Assembly (NCBI GenBank): GCA_025558095.1
Contig: JAIVFI010000018.1
Coordinates: forward strand, 124,001 to 188,000
Source of the DNA: Hyaloraphidium curvatum SAG 235-1
Lineage: Eukaryota; Fungi; Monoblepharomycota
Length of the DNA stretch: 64,000 bases
Reading direction: 5' to 3'
The notes beneath the pieces were generated by a model. That model was not told where the DNA came from. It worked only from the letters and a program-made list of their open reading frames with translations, and ran no database searches. The translations under genes and the position numbers were made by a program. Positions 35,601 to 47,462 of this stretch are shown here, piece by piece; within the stretch, counting starts at the first letter, position 1, and each line of letters starts with the position of its first letter.

Positions 35601-36103
35601 GGTGTGTGCATCGCGGTGGTGGAGAACAGGTGGGTTGGATGGATGCGCATGATTGGGGCATGGTTCTGATCAAAGGTCGCACTTGCACGACCCACAGGAG
35701 CGCGACCCACGCCGTGCGCGTGCGCATGCTCCTCCACGCGCCCGACGTGGACGCCACCAACCTGCTCGCCCCCAAGAAGACGCGGAAGCCCGCCGCCTCC
35801 AAGACCCCGGCCGAGCCCGCGGGAGGGTACCGCCTCGACGGTCAGCCCACTGGCCCCGCCCCCGCCCCCGCTTCCGATCCGGATGTCGACGAAGACGGCC
35901 GCCGCTGGGAGTACGCTCCGCCCCTTTCCCGCACGGTCGTCGCGGCGGTCCCCATGCCGCAGGCGTACGACGAGGAGGCCAACGGGTTCGCGCGGTTCGC
36001 GGTGGACAGGCTCGAGCTTGAAAAATGGGAGGCGGGGAGGAGGAGGGAGCTGGATGCGGCGATGGAGGAGGCGGGGGGTAGGGCGTGGGGCGGCAGGCTT
36101 TGA
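32601..36103 (+). CDS. SOL-type calpain cysteine protease with UBM-like motif and GRF zinc finger
   Basis: FRDPEFP, QGAVGNCWF, WAPIVEKAYAK, GHAYSV, VRNPWG, FWMTF; GRF finger C-x-C..NQGRLFWSC..CDFFMWA; 4 introns. Confidence 0.88.
33199..33260 (+). repeat. 18-bp coding tandem repeat (DSDTGE) in the calpain acidic linker
   Basis: GACTCGGA(C/T/G)ACGGGCGAG repeated about 3.5 times. Confidence 0.8.
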
Positions 36104-36642
36104 CGAGGTGTGGGATGGATTGCTGGTTGCTCTTTTGAGGCGATGGTTCGGGGGGCTTTCTTTGGCGTCGGCATGGCATGGCGGACCGGCGCACCAGGGA
36201 CTGCGGCGAGCGATTCTGGTTGATACCCTTTTTCGATTACAGTGATTCTGATCAGCAGTGTCTCTTGTACTATGGTGGTCGCACGCGAATGAGGTCGGCG
36301 CCGATCGTTTGCTCAGAAGGGTCTGCTGAGTGGGACCAGGGACGTTGGCCGTCTTGCGGCCGAACGGGGCTGCGGCGCCTGGCCGGCCTCGGGGACGACC
36401 GGAAGACTGATGGGCAAGCTAGCCCCTCGCTTTTCTCGGCTACGTGCTCTTCGGGCCGGGGAAATGAGCGTTGGCAGCGGAGCGGGCGCTAGGGACCTCG
36501 CCGGCTCTTTTTTGTAGGGTGAAGGTCCTCGCTCGCTCATCCTCCCTGCACCACTTCGAAAACGCTCCCCCCGCTGGCCACCCCTGCGGAACCCCCCTGC
36601 GATGGCCGGCGAGCCTCGCGCACTCCCCACTCCCCCTCTGTG

Positions 36643-39600
36643 ATGCCCCCGCGGACGCTGATCGGCGGCGGGCGCGCGATGGGCCGCGGCGCCGAGCCGC
36701 CCGCCCCGCCGGCCCCGCGCGCCCCGCGGCCCCAAAAGGCCCGGCCACCGCGGACGCACGCGCTCTCAGTTTTACTATGGGCGCTGCTCGCACTGGCGGG
36801 GTATTCGGGCTCGGCGGCCGCGGAGGGCGCGGCCCGGCTCGCCCCCCGCCAGGTGGCCAACAAGCCCAACAACACCGTCGACTGCCCGGTCTTCCGCTTC
36901 GGCGGCTCGTCCCCGGCTGTGCCCGTGTTCTCGACGCCGTGCGGCGGCTCGTCGGCCAAGACCACGGTGGCGATGCTGAGCGACGTGCGCCGCGTGGTCG
37001 CCCCGGGCTCCGCGCTGGCCGACTGCAAGCTGGAGAACAGCAAGTTCCAGTTCTCGGACGACGATGGCAACGGCTGGCTGTCGGCCTGGACCGGCACCTC
37101 CGGCGACGTGTCGTCGTGGGGCGACCTGGACGGCATGTTCAGCATATCCGGGGGGACGGACCTGCAGATCGACCAGGGCAAGTGCCAGAGCAACGACCTC
37201 TCGTTCGCCACGAACGTCATGGCACGGCGCCTGCTGCGCGTCCAGCTCAACTGCAACAACAACCGTGGGTTTCTCGGGCGCTGGAGCCACGGACGGACGC
37301 TCACCCCGCCCTTTTCCAGAGTTTGTCGGCTGGCTCCACTTCCGCTGGTACCCATCCAACATGGCAGGCACGCCGCCATCGGAGCTCGCGTCGATGCCCT
37401 GCACGCAACCCAGCACGCAGGCCTACAACTGGCTGACCGGCGACGCCTTCCCGGCGGTCAGCTCTACCACCCGTGCGAGCACGACCGTTTTGGAGACCTC
37501 GTCCACCACACTCCGGGTCACCTCGACGACCCCGCGCACCTCCACCACCGTCGCCGTCACCTCCACACGCGCGACTACCGCCACCCCGGTCGTCCAGGCT
37601 GACGCTGCCACCTCGACGAGCGTGAGGGCCACTTCGGTAGGTCCCCAGTTTCAGCGCGGTCACCGATCCCCCTGACCGGTCACCCCAGACGACGGCGCGC
37701 ACCTCCACCACCGTCCGACTCTCCTCCACTTCGACCGCGGAGGACCCAACCACGACCACGCGGCCCCTGTCGACGGCGGCGGCTGCCTCGCCGGCGCCCA
37801 CCATCGCCACTGGCGTCGACGAAAACGGCTGCAACCTCTTCCCGCCCGGCCTCACCCCTCCCTACGCCGGGAACCTACTCGACTCGTTCGTCAACGGGTC
37901 CTTCCGCTACGTCGTCGTCTCCAAGAACGTCCCGCGGAGGACCATGACGGTCCTGCTGGGCGACGACGCGTCGCTCGAGGCGTGCGTGGCCACGCTCCAG
38001 CCCAAGCGGAATAAGACCGACTGCGACTGGACCTACATGCTGATAGGGTCGTGGCAGCAGCTGCGCGGGTGCGGCTGGAAGACGGGCATCGAGGCCGACG
38101 GGTACATCCCCATGGTGGGTCGCTCGCGGCCGACTGCCGGCACAAGAACAATCTGACCCTACCCGCCCCATGTCAGACCAACCGGCTCCGTGCGCGCTGG
38201 AACGACAGCTTCCCCGGCCCGCTCAACAGCTGGCGCGTGCAGAACTCGTCCCTCTCGTGGGCGATCGAGGTCCGCCTGCCGACGACGGTGCAGCTCCAGA
38301 CCGACATCAAAGTCGTCGAGGACTCGGGCATCAAGAACTTCAACCTCACGGGGTTCTTTTTCCTGCAGGGCGAGGACGGCAGCCGCAACCTGGTGCTCGA
38401 CTACCAGATGTGGAGCCGCTGGCCCAACAACCTCACCTACGACATCATCTCCTCGCTCCCCTTCACCCCGGGCGGCCCGCTGCGCACGCTCGAGATGCAG
38501 GGGCCGAACCTGGACCTGTGCGGGCCGCCGCCCTACACCACCGAGTCGCAGTGCTGGCAGTTCGGCTCCATCCTCATCCCCCTGGGCGACGTGTGCAACG
38601 TCACGGGGCCCTACACGTTTGCGTTTGACACCAACTGCTTTCCCAACTCGGCCACGTCGGACTGCAAGGGCACCAAGCTGTTCGCCAACGCCTTCATCGA
38701 CGGCATCGACCTCTGCGCGGGGCTCATGTCCACGGCCGGCAACGTCACGGGCACGCTGACGGTGGACAAGCCGCAGGGGTACTTCTTCGGCGACACGGTG
38801 CTGCTCAACGCGACGTTCGAGAGCCCGGACGTGCCGCTGTACGAGACGCGGCTGATGAGCTTCGACGCCATCATCCGCAAGTGGAAGCCCGACCCCGTGA
38901 GCGTGTACACGCTGCAGGGGGGCAACGGCCTCTTCGGGCGCAACGCCAACTTTTCCGTCGTGCTGGACGGCCTGGCGAGTCCCTACAGCGTGCTCATGCA
39001 CCTGACCCCGAACATGATGCCCAAGTTCGAGGACGGCGGCTTCCTGACCATCGAGGACTTCGACACGGCCGACAACGACTTCACCTTCACCCTGCGGTTC
39101 CGCGTCTTCTTCGATCCCGTCTCTGCGGGGCGCACGGGGCTGCGCCGCCGCTCTGCCGCGCGGAGGAGGGTGTACCGCGACGCCTCGCTGCACTTTGGCC
39201 GGCGGCAGGGCGGCGCCATCGGCTCCATCCGCGAGATCGCCGTCGGCGCGCGTTCGAGCATGCAGGTTCCCAACGTCACGCAGGCGCTCCAGACGGCGCC
39301 GCAGATGGTGCCCAACGGCACCGTCGCGGCGCCGCCCCCGCAGCAGCAGGCGGCGGCGGCGGGGACGCCGGTCTGGGCGATCGTGGTGGGGGTGCTGGGT
39401 GGGCTGCTGCTCCTGGGCGGGTGCTGCGGCGGGGTGGCGTACCTCGTCATCCGGCGGCGGGACCGCAAGAGGAAGGAGGCAATGGGGTACTCGGAGAAAG
39501 ACCCGCTGGTGCGGTCGGCTGCCGCCTACGGGGGATCGGACATGCTCTCGCCCTACGCGTACGCGCAGGCGGTCGGCGAGAAGACCGGCCGGCCGCGGTC

Positions 39601-39997
39601 GCGGGCGAGCTTCTCGGCGCCGACGGGCTACGTGCCCACGTACACGCCGCCCTCGGCTGGCGGGTACTCGGCGCTCGAGCTCCCCGTGCCGCCCGTGACG
39701 GGCGCCGGCGGCGGGGGGGAGATGACCTGGAGCGGGCTGGGAGGGGACTTTGTCAGCCGGCATGCGTCGGCGAGCTGGGGGACCCCGGCGGACGCGGTCG
39801 ACGTGTCGGGGATGTTTGGCGCCCCGGCCGGGGCGCCGTCCTCGTCGGCACCGCAGGTGTCGACGTCGGCGGACACCGTGGTGGACGTGTCGGGGATGTT
39901 TGGCGCGCAGCCGCCGCAGCCCCGGGCGAGCGCCGACTGGGGCGGCGACCGGAGCGCCTCGCGGAGCTCGGGGAGGTCCAAGAGGGAGAGGCACTAG
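36643..39997 (+). CDS. Large type I membrane glycoprotein: Cys domain, S/T stalk, Cys-containing beta-rich domain, polybasic site, TM, cytoplasmic tail
   Basis: Signal SVLLWALLALAGYSGSAAA; Thr-rich linker; many NxS/T sites; RRRSAARRR; TM VWAIVVGVLGGLLLLGGCCGGVAYLVI; introns near 37265, 37638 and 38115. Confidence 0.7.
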
Positions 39998-40196
39998 AGG
40001 ACGCGCACGCCTGTGTCTATACCACGGATTGTAAAGGTTGGGAGATATGCATCTGCTTCTGCTGCATCTGATGCGGGCTGCGAGGAAATGGTCGGGTCGT
40101 GTTATGCTCGGGGCGGCGCCAAATTCGCTTGGCGGAGGCAAAGTCCGACGCGTGCCGACAAACAACCGTACATCCGTCTCCCAGGCCATCCTCACG

Positions 40197-41267
40197 ATGC
40201 CCGTGGTCGCGGCCGACAACCTCCGCGCCCTCGCGCACCTCGTCGCGTCGCGCATGGGCTCCTCGGACGACGAGGCCAAAGAGGTCGCGGGTCACCTCGT
40301 GGGCGCCAATCTCGCGGGCCACGACTCGCACGGAGTGGGAATGCTGCCGGCGTACGTCAGGTTGCTCAAGGCGGGGCTGCTCGTGCCGAACCAAACCTCC
40401 GAGACGGTCGTCGATTTCGGCGCGCTGCTCGTCGTCGACGCGCGCCGCGGGTTCGGCCACCGCGCCGGGCGCGAGGCCGTGGAAAAGGCGATCGCGCGGG
40501 CCAGGGAAACCGGCGCCTGCGTGCTCGCACTGCGCAACGCCTCGCATATCGGCCGCGTGGGCCACTACGCCGAGATCGCCGCCTCAGCCGGATGCGCCTT
40601 CTCGGCATACGTCAACGTGTCGGACCACAAGCCGATCGCGGCCACCTGGCAGGCCGCCGAGGCGCGCCTGGGCACGAACCCCTTCTGCGCCGCCGTCCCC
40701 GTGCCCGGCGGCCCGCCGCTCATGCTCGACATGGCGACCACCACCATCGCGCACGGCAAGGCCCGCGTGGCGTACAACAAGGGGCAGCAGGTCGCCCCCG
40801 GATGCCTGCTCGACGCCGAGGGCAACCCGACCACGGACCCGACGGGGATGATCAAGGATTATGCCGGCGCGCTGACCACCTTTGGCCTACACAAGGGGTC
40901 CGGCCTGGCGATCATGTGCGAGGCCATGGCCGCGGGCGTCGCGGGGGGCCACGGCGAGTGGGAGCCCTACAAGAACGGGATCATCAACTCGATGCTGGCC
41001 ACGGTGATCGACCTTTCCAAGATCGGCAGCGCGGAGCAGATCGGTGCCAGGGTGGGGGAGCTCAGGGAGCACATCAAGGGGGCCAAACCTGGGCCCGGGT
41101 TCAACGAGGTGCTGGTCCCGGGGGAGCCGGAGCGGCGGTACGAGGCGCAGAGGCTGAAGGCGGGGATCGACGTGGACGATACCACGTGGGGTGATCTGAG
41201 AAAGGCCGCCGAGGCCGTGGGCATCACCGCGGAAGAGTTCGACAGGGTGGCCGGCGAGCTCAAGTGA
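40197..41267 (+). CDS. Type 2 malate/L-lactate/ureidoglycolate dehydrogenase (Ldh_2, YbiC-like), intronless
   Basis: ANLAGHDSHG, SHIGRVG, LGTNPFC, LDMATT, HKGSGL, VLVPGEPE. Confidence 0.9.
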   Translation: MPVVAADNLRALAHLVASRMGSSDDEAKEVAGHLVGANLAGHDSHGVGMLPAYVRLLKAGLLVPNQTSETVVDFGALLVVDARRGFGHRAGREAVEKAIARARETGACVLALRNASHIGRVGHYAEIAASAGCAFSAYVNVSDHKPIAATWQAAEARLGTNPFCAAVPVPGGPPLMLDMATTTIAHGKARVAYNKGQQVAPGCLLDAEGNPTTDPTGMIKDYAGALTTFGLHKGSGLAIMCEAMAAGVAGGHGEWEPYKNGIINSMLATVIDLSKIGSAEQIGARVGELREHIKGAKPGPGFNEVLVPGEPERRYEAQRLKAGIDVDDTTWGDLRKAAEAVGITAEEFDRVAGELK

Positions 41268-41575
41268 GGATAGGGGAACGCGGTGTAGGAATCTCGGAAG
41301 AAAGTGGGGCCGGAAGTGAGTGGAGAACGGATCCAACCATGCCTTCCTTCGTGCTTCTCGTCGGCAGTGGCTCAGCCGGTTCTGTGGATGATTTCGACAG
41401 TGATTCTGTATGCTTCGGGTAGGAAAACCGAGCAGTAGAAGGAGTGAGAAGATCTCATTGCCTTCAGTCAAGACGCAGCCATCCATGCTATCGTCATCCA
41501 CCGACAGAGCCTCTAGATTACGGGTATAGCTCTCGTTCTGTCCCCTGGACACGCAGCACTCGCATATCGCATCCC

Positions 41576-44187
41576 CTACGTCTGCACCGCGTTGCCAGTC
41601 AGCTCCGCCATGGTCCGAAACAGAAGGTCCTGGTCCAGCGGCTTGGGAAGCCAAGCGTCGAAGCCCGCGGCCAGGCAGGCCTCCCGGTCACGGTCCAGCG
41701 CGTGGGCCGTGAGCGCGATTCTGGAGTGGGAAACAAGGCCCGGTCAGCGTTTGGCGAAGGGATCACGAAACAGCAACCCACATCGGCAGCCTCGTCCTCC
41801 CCCCAGCCGCCTCCACCTCCCTGATCTTCCTGCACACTTCGATTCCGCCCATGATCGGCATCTGTACGTCCGAGATAAAGATGTCGAATGCCCCCCGCTC
41901 GTACGCCTCGAACGCCTCGAGCCCGTTGGCGCACATGTGCACCGCGTGGCCGCGCCGACCGAGCAGGCGCTGGATGAGGAGCTGGTTGATCTTGTTGTCC
42001 TCGGCAACGAGCACGCGAAGAGGCGGGAGCACGGGCTGCCCCGGGCGGCGCGCGGGCCGCGAGGATGGGGAGGAGGCGGAAGCGGGGTCGGGTTCGGAGG
42101 AGGTGCCGGCCGCGGTCCAGCCGTCGAAGTAGCCCGGCTGGCCGCCCTCGCGGGGCTGCTGTCCGGGTTTGTTGCCCCGCCGGTGGCGCACCCCGCCGGG
42201 GTCCAGGGGAGGGGTCATGCCCGCGAGCGGCGGGGGTGTCGCCACCGCCGGGTCGAGGGCGAGCGGGGAGGGCATGACGTCCGGTTCCGGCAGCGGTTGC
42301 GGCCGCCGCGGCACTACGGGCTCGCTCAGGCCCGGCTCCTCGATGTCGCGAAGGTCCCTGCTGATCCCCGGCCCGTGAAATGCGATGAGGTCGCCGCTGG
42401 TCCCCGATGGCAGCCCCGTCGACCCCGCCGGCGGCTCCCAGACCGTCATCGGCAGGACAAAGACAAACTCCGAGCCGACGCCCTCGACGGACGAGGCGAG
42501 GTACAGCTCGCCGCCCATGAGTTCCACGATCCGCCGCGAGATGGCCAGGCCGAGACCGGAGCCGCCGTGCTTCCGGGTGTTGGAGCCGTCCGCCTGTGTG
42601 AATGGGAGGAAAATGATCGAGACTTTGGAGGCCGGGATGCCGATTCCCTGTGGGTGAAACGGCAAGGGCACTCCAGGTTAGAGGAAAGTTCCACCGCGGC
42701 CGCCAGCCACCCACCGTGTCCCGTACGCTGAAGCGCACCCTGACCTTGCCCGACCCCGACCCGACCTCTGCCACCCCCGAATCCGGCGCCACCTCCACGT
42801 CGATTGATATCTTGCCCGCCTCGGTGAACTTGATCGCGTTCCCGACGAGGTTGATGAGCACCTGGCCGATCCGGTTGCGGTCCCCCAGCACCGTCGCCGG
42901 CACGTCCTGGTGGACGGACCACGACAGCTCGAGGCCCTGCTTGTGCGCCGACACCTCGAGCGGGCGGAGCACGGTGCGGAGGACGGGGCGGAGCTCCATG
43001 GGCTGCGTGTTGATCTTGAGCCTATTGGCCTCAATCTGCCGGGCGCGGAACGGCATCAGCTGGGGCGATGGAGGGCAATCGAGGCCGATGACGGACCTTG
43101 GCAAAGTCCAGGATGTCCTCGACGATGGCGAGGAGGACCTCGCCCGACATCCGCACCGTCTCGACCATCTCGCGCTCCTCCGTGCCCAGAGAACCATGGA
43201 GCAGCTCGTCGGTGAGGCCGAGAATGCCGTTGAGAGGCGTTCGGACCTAGTGTGGGAGCAATGGGTAAGCTAATGAGGTCGGCTCGCCGTCCCGACGACA
43301 CCCACCTCGTGCGAGACGTTGCGCAGGAAATCCGACTTGGCCTGGTTCGCCGAGTTTGCAAGCGCCGCCATCTCCGCATATCGCGACGTCAGCACCCCGA
43401 GCCGCTCGCGCTGCAGCACTTCGTGCTTCTTTATCTGCTCCTCGTCACGGAGCAGCAGCAGTCGGGAGCGGAAGATGGTGTAGGTGAGCAGGGTGCTCGA
43501 CGCCAGGCCAAAGATGAAGTGCACGAGCAGCGGATCCTCGGCCAGAGGCGCGACGGGAGGGAGCGGCGGGGCGTCCGGGAAAAAGGCCTCCATCGCGGCG
43601 CGGGCAACAAGATAGGCGGGCTCCGAGGAAAAGGCACACCACGCCCACGCGCCCCACGAGAGCGCGATGAAGCTCAGGCACCATTTCTCCTCGAAGAACA
43701 GGGCCCCGGAACCCACAACAAGCAGCATGATGTTGCTGGACTGCCACATTTCCCGTGTGAGGAAGACGTGCAGCGTCGAGTTCAGAAGGACGAACAGCGA
43801 GCAGTAGAGCACGCCCGGTTGGGCCCATCGTGCGTGCTTCCGGTAGAAAGCCTCTGGGTCCGGTCCCGCCAGGTACACCACGAGGAAGTAGAAGGCCAGT
43901 TCGGCGGCACTCGACGAGAAGGCCACGGCAGCCATGACGATGTTCACGGGAGGCGGCAGGATCGCGCGGTGGCCCAATCCGAGGAACCCGAAGATGCACG
44001 CGCAGGAAAAGGCAAAGCCGCGCAGCGACGCCATCGTCACGCGGTCGGCAGCGGCGCGCAGCTCGGCCGCCGTGAGCGCCTCGGCGGCGACGGGCGCCGA
44101 GTCCGCCGCCGCGCCGCCCGCCCCGCCAGCCGCCCCGCCGTCGCCGCTATCCGGCGGACGAGGCCCCGAGGGCGCGTCCTCGGCCAT
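41576..44187 (-). CDS. Membrane-bound hybrid histidine kinase, paralog of 20847-23123
   Basis: FLRNVSHE|VRTPLNG, NLVGNAIKFT, GGSGLGLAI, VAEDN..DVQMP..LPKP; 4 introns. Confidence 0.92.
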
Positions 44188-44594
44188 CGCGCGGCGGCCA
44201 GACGCTGGAGAGGGCACAGCCAGCGATGTGGCCGACCGGCGGCAATAGCGCCCCACCTCGACTCCCAAACAAGGGATCAGGATGGCGCCGCGCGGACACC
44301 GCCAGGACCGGAGCGGTTATGCCTCCAAAGTGTCGGATCCGCCTATTTCCGTTGTGGAAGACATTATCACACGCTCTGCCGGTCGCGATGGATGGGTCGG
44401 ATCCCCTTGCCAGGCTCCCGCTTCGGAGCATCAGCTGCCCCAGGTGCATCTCCTCCCGACGTCGAGCACGTTTCGGACATCCATTGACACATTGTCCAGC
44501 AATGGATTCTCGCATTGGGACTTCTCTCGGTGATGATGCGATGTTTCCGAGTTCTGGCGCCTGGCCCCCGGCCGCAACGGCAACCGACTCCCGC

Positions 44595-44796
44595 CAGCAA
44601 ACCCCAGACTGCCCGTGCAAACGAGCCACTCGGAACTGCATCCACGTTCGCCTCGCCGGGAGCGTGGGGGAAGCGGGCCCCGCGTGCTGCGGCCTGGCCC
44701 CGGTCCCAGCGACCGGCACCCTGATGTCGGCCACCCCCCCCTCCCATAACACTGGATGGGGGTTTAGTGGTATAACGTCGCCGTTCGCATTAGCGC
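44595..44796 (+). repeat. Diverged repeat copy A: tRNA upstream flank plus 5' half of tRNA-Ala(CGC)
   Basis: Ends in GGGGGTTTAGTGGTATAACGTCGCCGTTCGCATTAGCGC (44758-44796); matches 47463-47671 in inverted orientation. Confidence 0.75.
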
Positions 44797-44903
44797 TTGA
44801 CGTGCGCAGGACGGGCTTAACGTTGCGCGGGGAGCCTGTGGGCTGGCCGGAGATGGCCAGCACCCACATGGCGGCCATCTCCCCCTCCATCAACATATTG
44901 GAT

Positions 44904-45003
44904 GGGGATTTAGTTTAGTGGTATAACGTTCCGTTCGCATTAGAGCACATCCTGCTTGGAGCGTGCTTCGGAAAGGCCCCGGGTTCAATTCCCGGAATCT
45001 CCA
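44904..45003 (+). tRNA. tRNA-Ala(CGC) with 28-nt intron (44940-44967)
   Basis: Acceptor GGGGATT/AATCTCC with G3:U70, D arm GTTT-AGTGGTA-TAAC, anticodon stem TTCCG/CGGAA with CGC, T arm CCGGG-TTCAATT-CCCGG, followed by a TTTT terminator. Confidence 0.93.
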
Positions 45004-45174
45004 TTCGACCTTTTGCCTCCTGGGTGAAGGGGAGGCTTGGGGTGGCAGGCGCCCGTCCCAGTAAACGGGCGGACGAGCACCCAGCGAGTGGGCAGGGCAT
45101 TCGTCAGATCTCTATTCGTCACATTCTCGTACATGAATCGATCCGCATCAAGCTTGCGGATGTGTGATGCCCAA

Positions 45175-45867
45175 TCATCCCCTGCTAGCGTCCCTCGCCG
45201 CCCGAACGTCACGCAAGAGGTCCGTCAGCCAAGCGTGCTCAAACACCTTGAGCTCCGCCAACAGCGCCTCCAGTAGACTCTCAAGGTCCGACATGCTGCC
45301 ATTGTCCGAGAAAACGGCCGTCTCGGCACACCCATACAAGTCCAGGAACGACGACAGAGCCCGATCCCACGAAATCCATACACGCGTGCGCCTCATTAAA
45401 TCGAGCACGTGCTCCACGACCAGGCCTTGCCTGCCGCGACAGACGACCATGTCGTGCAGAAGAGAGTCCCGCGGGCCAAGCAGGGTCCGCGGGTCCGCGA
45501 CAGCTTGGTCCAGCGCCGTGATGCGGATTCCGTCGACCAGCTCCACGAACCAGGCAGCATTGCACCGCACGCGCCGGAAGAGCTCCGCGTTGGCACGCGC
45601 GTTGATGCGCTGCGAGAGGAAGCGGGGAAGATATCGGCCGGGGAGAGCGAGGCGTCCGCCAGAATTCGGCCACCGGCGGCAGCGATCCCGGGGCCGGCTG
45701 TGGCCGGGCGTCCTCTGCTCCGAAGTTGTACGATCCAGGATTAGGCCATTCCTGCGCTTCAGCGAGGGAAGCGGTGATTCTGTTCTGTTGGTGGGACGCG
45801 GGACGCTTTCGCGCGTCGCTTCCGGCCCAGGCGGGTCGATGCTCCTCGATCCGACTGAAAGCTTCAT
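45175..45867 (-). pseudogene. Possible degraded gene or hypothetical ORF
   Basis: Protein-like helical stretch (WFVELVDGIRI..LESLLEALLAELKVFEHAWL) that may continue after a frame change toward the tRNA; no recognised domain. Confidence 0.25.
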
Positions 45868-46112
45868 CACACGCCTGGCGTGACGAAGATTGACTTGTTG
45901 TTTGGTGGATCCACAGACTCCGTCGATGCTGGACTTGCAGCTTCCGCGGCCGAGTCGCCTGTCGGATGGACCGCCGCACCGATCACAGGATGCGAAGACC
46001 AATATCTTCGAATCGAAAGCCAACGAACAACGACCCATGCGCTCTCCGACCGTGATGCAGCTCCCCTTCCCTCCAATGACGATGGCGCCTCCGGGCAGCG
46101 CAGCACGGTGCT

Positions 46113-47104
46113 TCATGCCAGCGGCACCACCCTCCCTCGCCCCTCGTCCGCAGGCATCCCTCCGCCGCTGCTCCGGTCCCTTCTTCGCCTCCGTCTCCTC
46201 TCCGGGCGGAGCGGCTCGAGCTTGACGGCAATCGAGCCCAAACCGAGCAGGTTCTCCGGGATCTCCCGCGGCGGCCCCCGGTTCGTCCTCCTCGTCGTCA
46301 CCGCGGCCCTGGTCGGCGTCCGCGTGGCCGTGGTCGTCTCCGTGGCCGTGGTCGTCTCCGTCGTCGTCGCCGTTTCCGTCGCGGACGTCGTGGAGGTCGT
46401 CTGCGTGGTCGTGAGAGTGGTGGTCCATGTCGTGCGCGTTTTGGGCCTGTTGTCCGGCCCGGGGCTGAAGAAGAAGGCCGCCTGGGGCAGGGCGTACCAC
46501 TCGTTCATGGCCGTCAACACTGCAGCGTGGCATGGTAGGCGCGAAAGAACAGGATCGGGGGCAAGCGTCGGGAGAGAGTCGAGGTCAAACACGGGAAGCA
46601 TCAGGACCGTCTGCCGCTGCACCCACCCGTCACGTAGATGGAAACCTCGGTCCCGTTCTCCGGCACCTGGGTGAACGTCGTCCACATGACGTCGAAAGTC
46701 TCTTTCGCCGACGCATCGGTGTGCTCCAGCACCGATTCGTCGGTCGAGCCGCAGTCCCATTTTATCTTCAGGAAGTCGGGGATCTGGCTGAACTGCCCGA
46801 TGTAGCCCTGCCCGTCCGTCGCATACATCAGGATCCCCTTGAAAGCGACCGGCGCCTGCACGGTGACCATGTAGTAGCCGGGTTTGGAGCCGATGCCGGC
46901 GGTGGCCACCGAGAAACCGCCGTTGCCGTTGCCCGCGGGCCCGTGGGCGGCGACCATCTGGCTGATCTGCCGCTGCGAGCAGAGCGCACCGGCGCCCGTC
47001 GGGAACGGGGCCGCGAGGGGGAGGAGGAGCAGCCGAAGGAGCAGGAAGAGGAGGGGGAGCCGTAGGGACCGTCCCGGAACGGGGCGCCGCCGGGGGCGCG
47101 GCAT
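46113..47104 (-). CDS. Secreted Reeler-like domain protein with Thr-rich stalk
   Basis: Signal peptide; FPTGAG..C..H, FKGILMYA..G.F, C..LEHT..K..VMW pattern; one intron; Thr-rich tail. Confidence 0.7.
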
Positions 47105-47462
47105 GCCGGCCGGCGCCGGGCCCGCGCGGGCCAAAGCGCCCAGAATGTCCCGAGAGGCGTGCGCGGGGTATTTGCCGGTCGCTGGAGGCGGCCGGCGTCG
47201 GATGGGGGGTTGTCAGCGCGGGGCTGGTGAGGTGGTTGGGCGGGTGCAAAATGACGAGTCCTGGAAATGACCAACTCGCAACCAGATTGGCTGTTTCCAG
47301 CCGAAATACAGCGGAGAGTCGTTTCTGGAGCTCGGATGATCGCATCGGACGTGGCCGCGCGGCCCTCGAATGGATCCGAGAACAATACTTCTGGCACAGC
47401 CAGCCAGCCATGCCGCAGGCGGTTTCACCTTGCAACCAAGGATATGGCGGTTATCGATTCAT

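Noticed and set aside
44758-44890. Copy A as a complete tRNA with a long intron
   Set aside because: Acceptor-stem deletion and no T arm/B box before the next copy.
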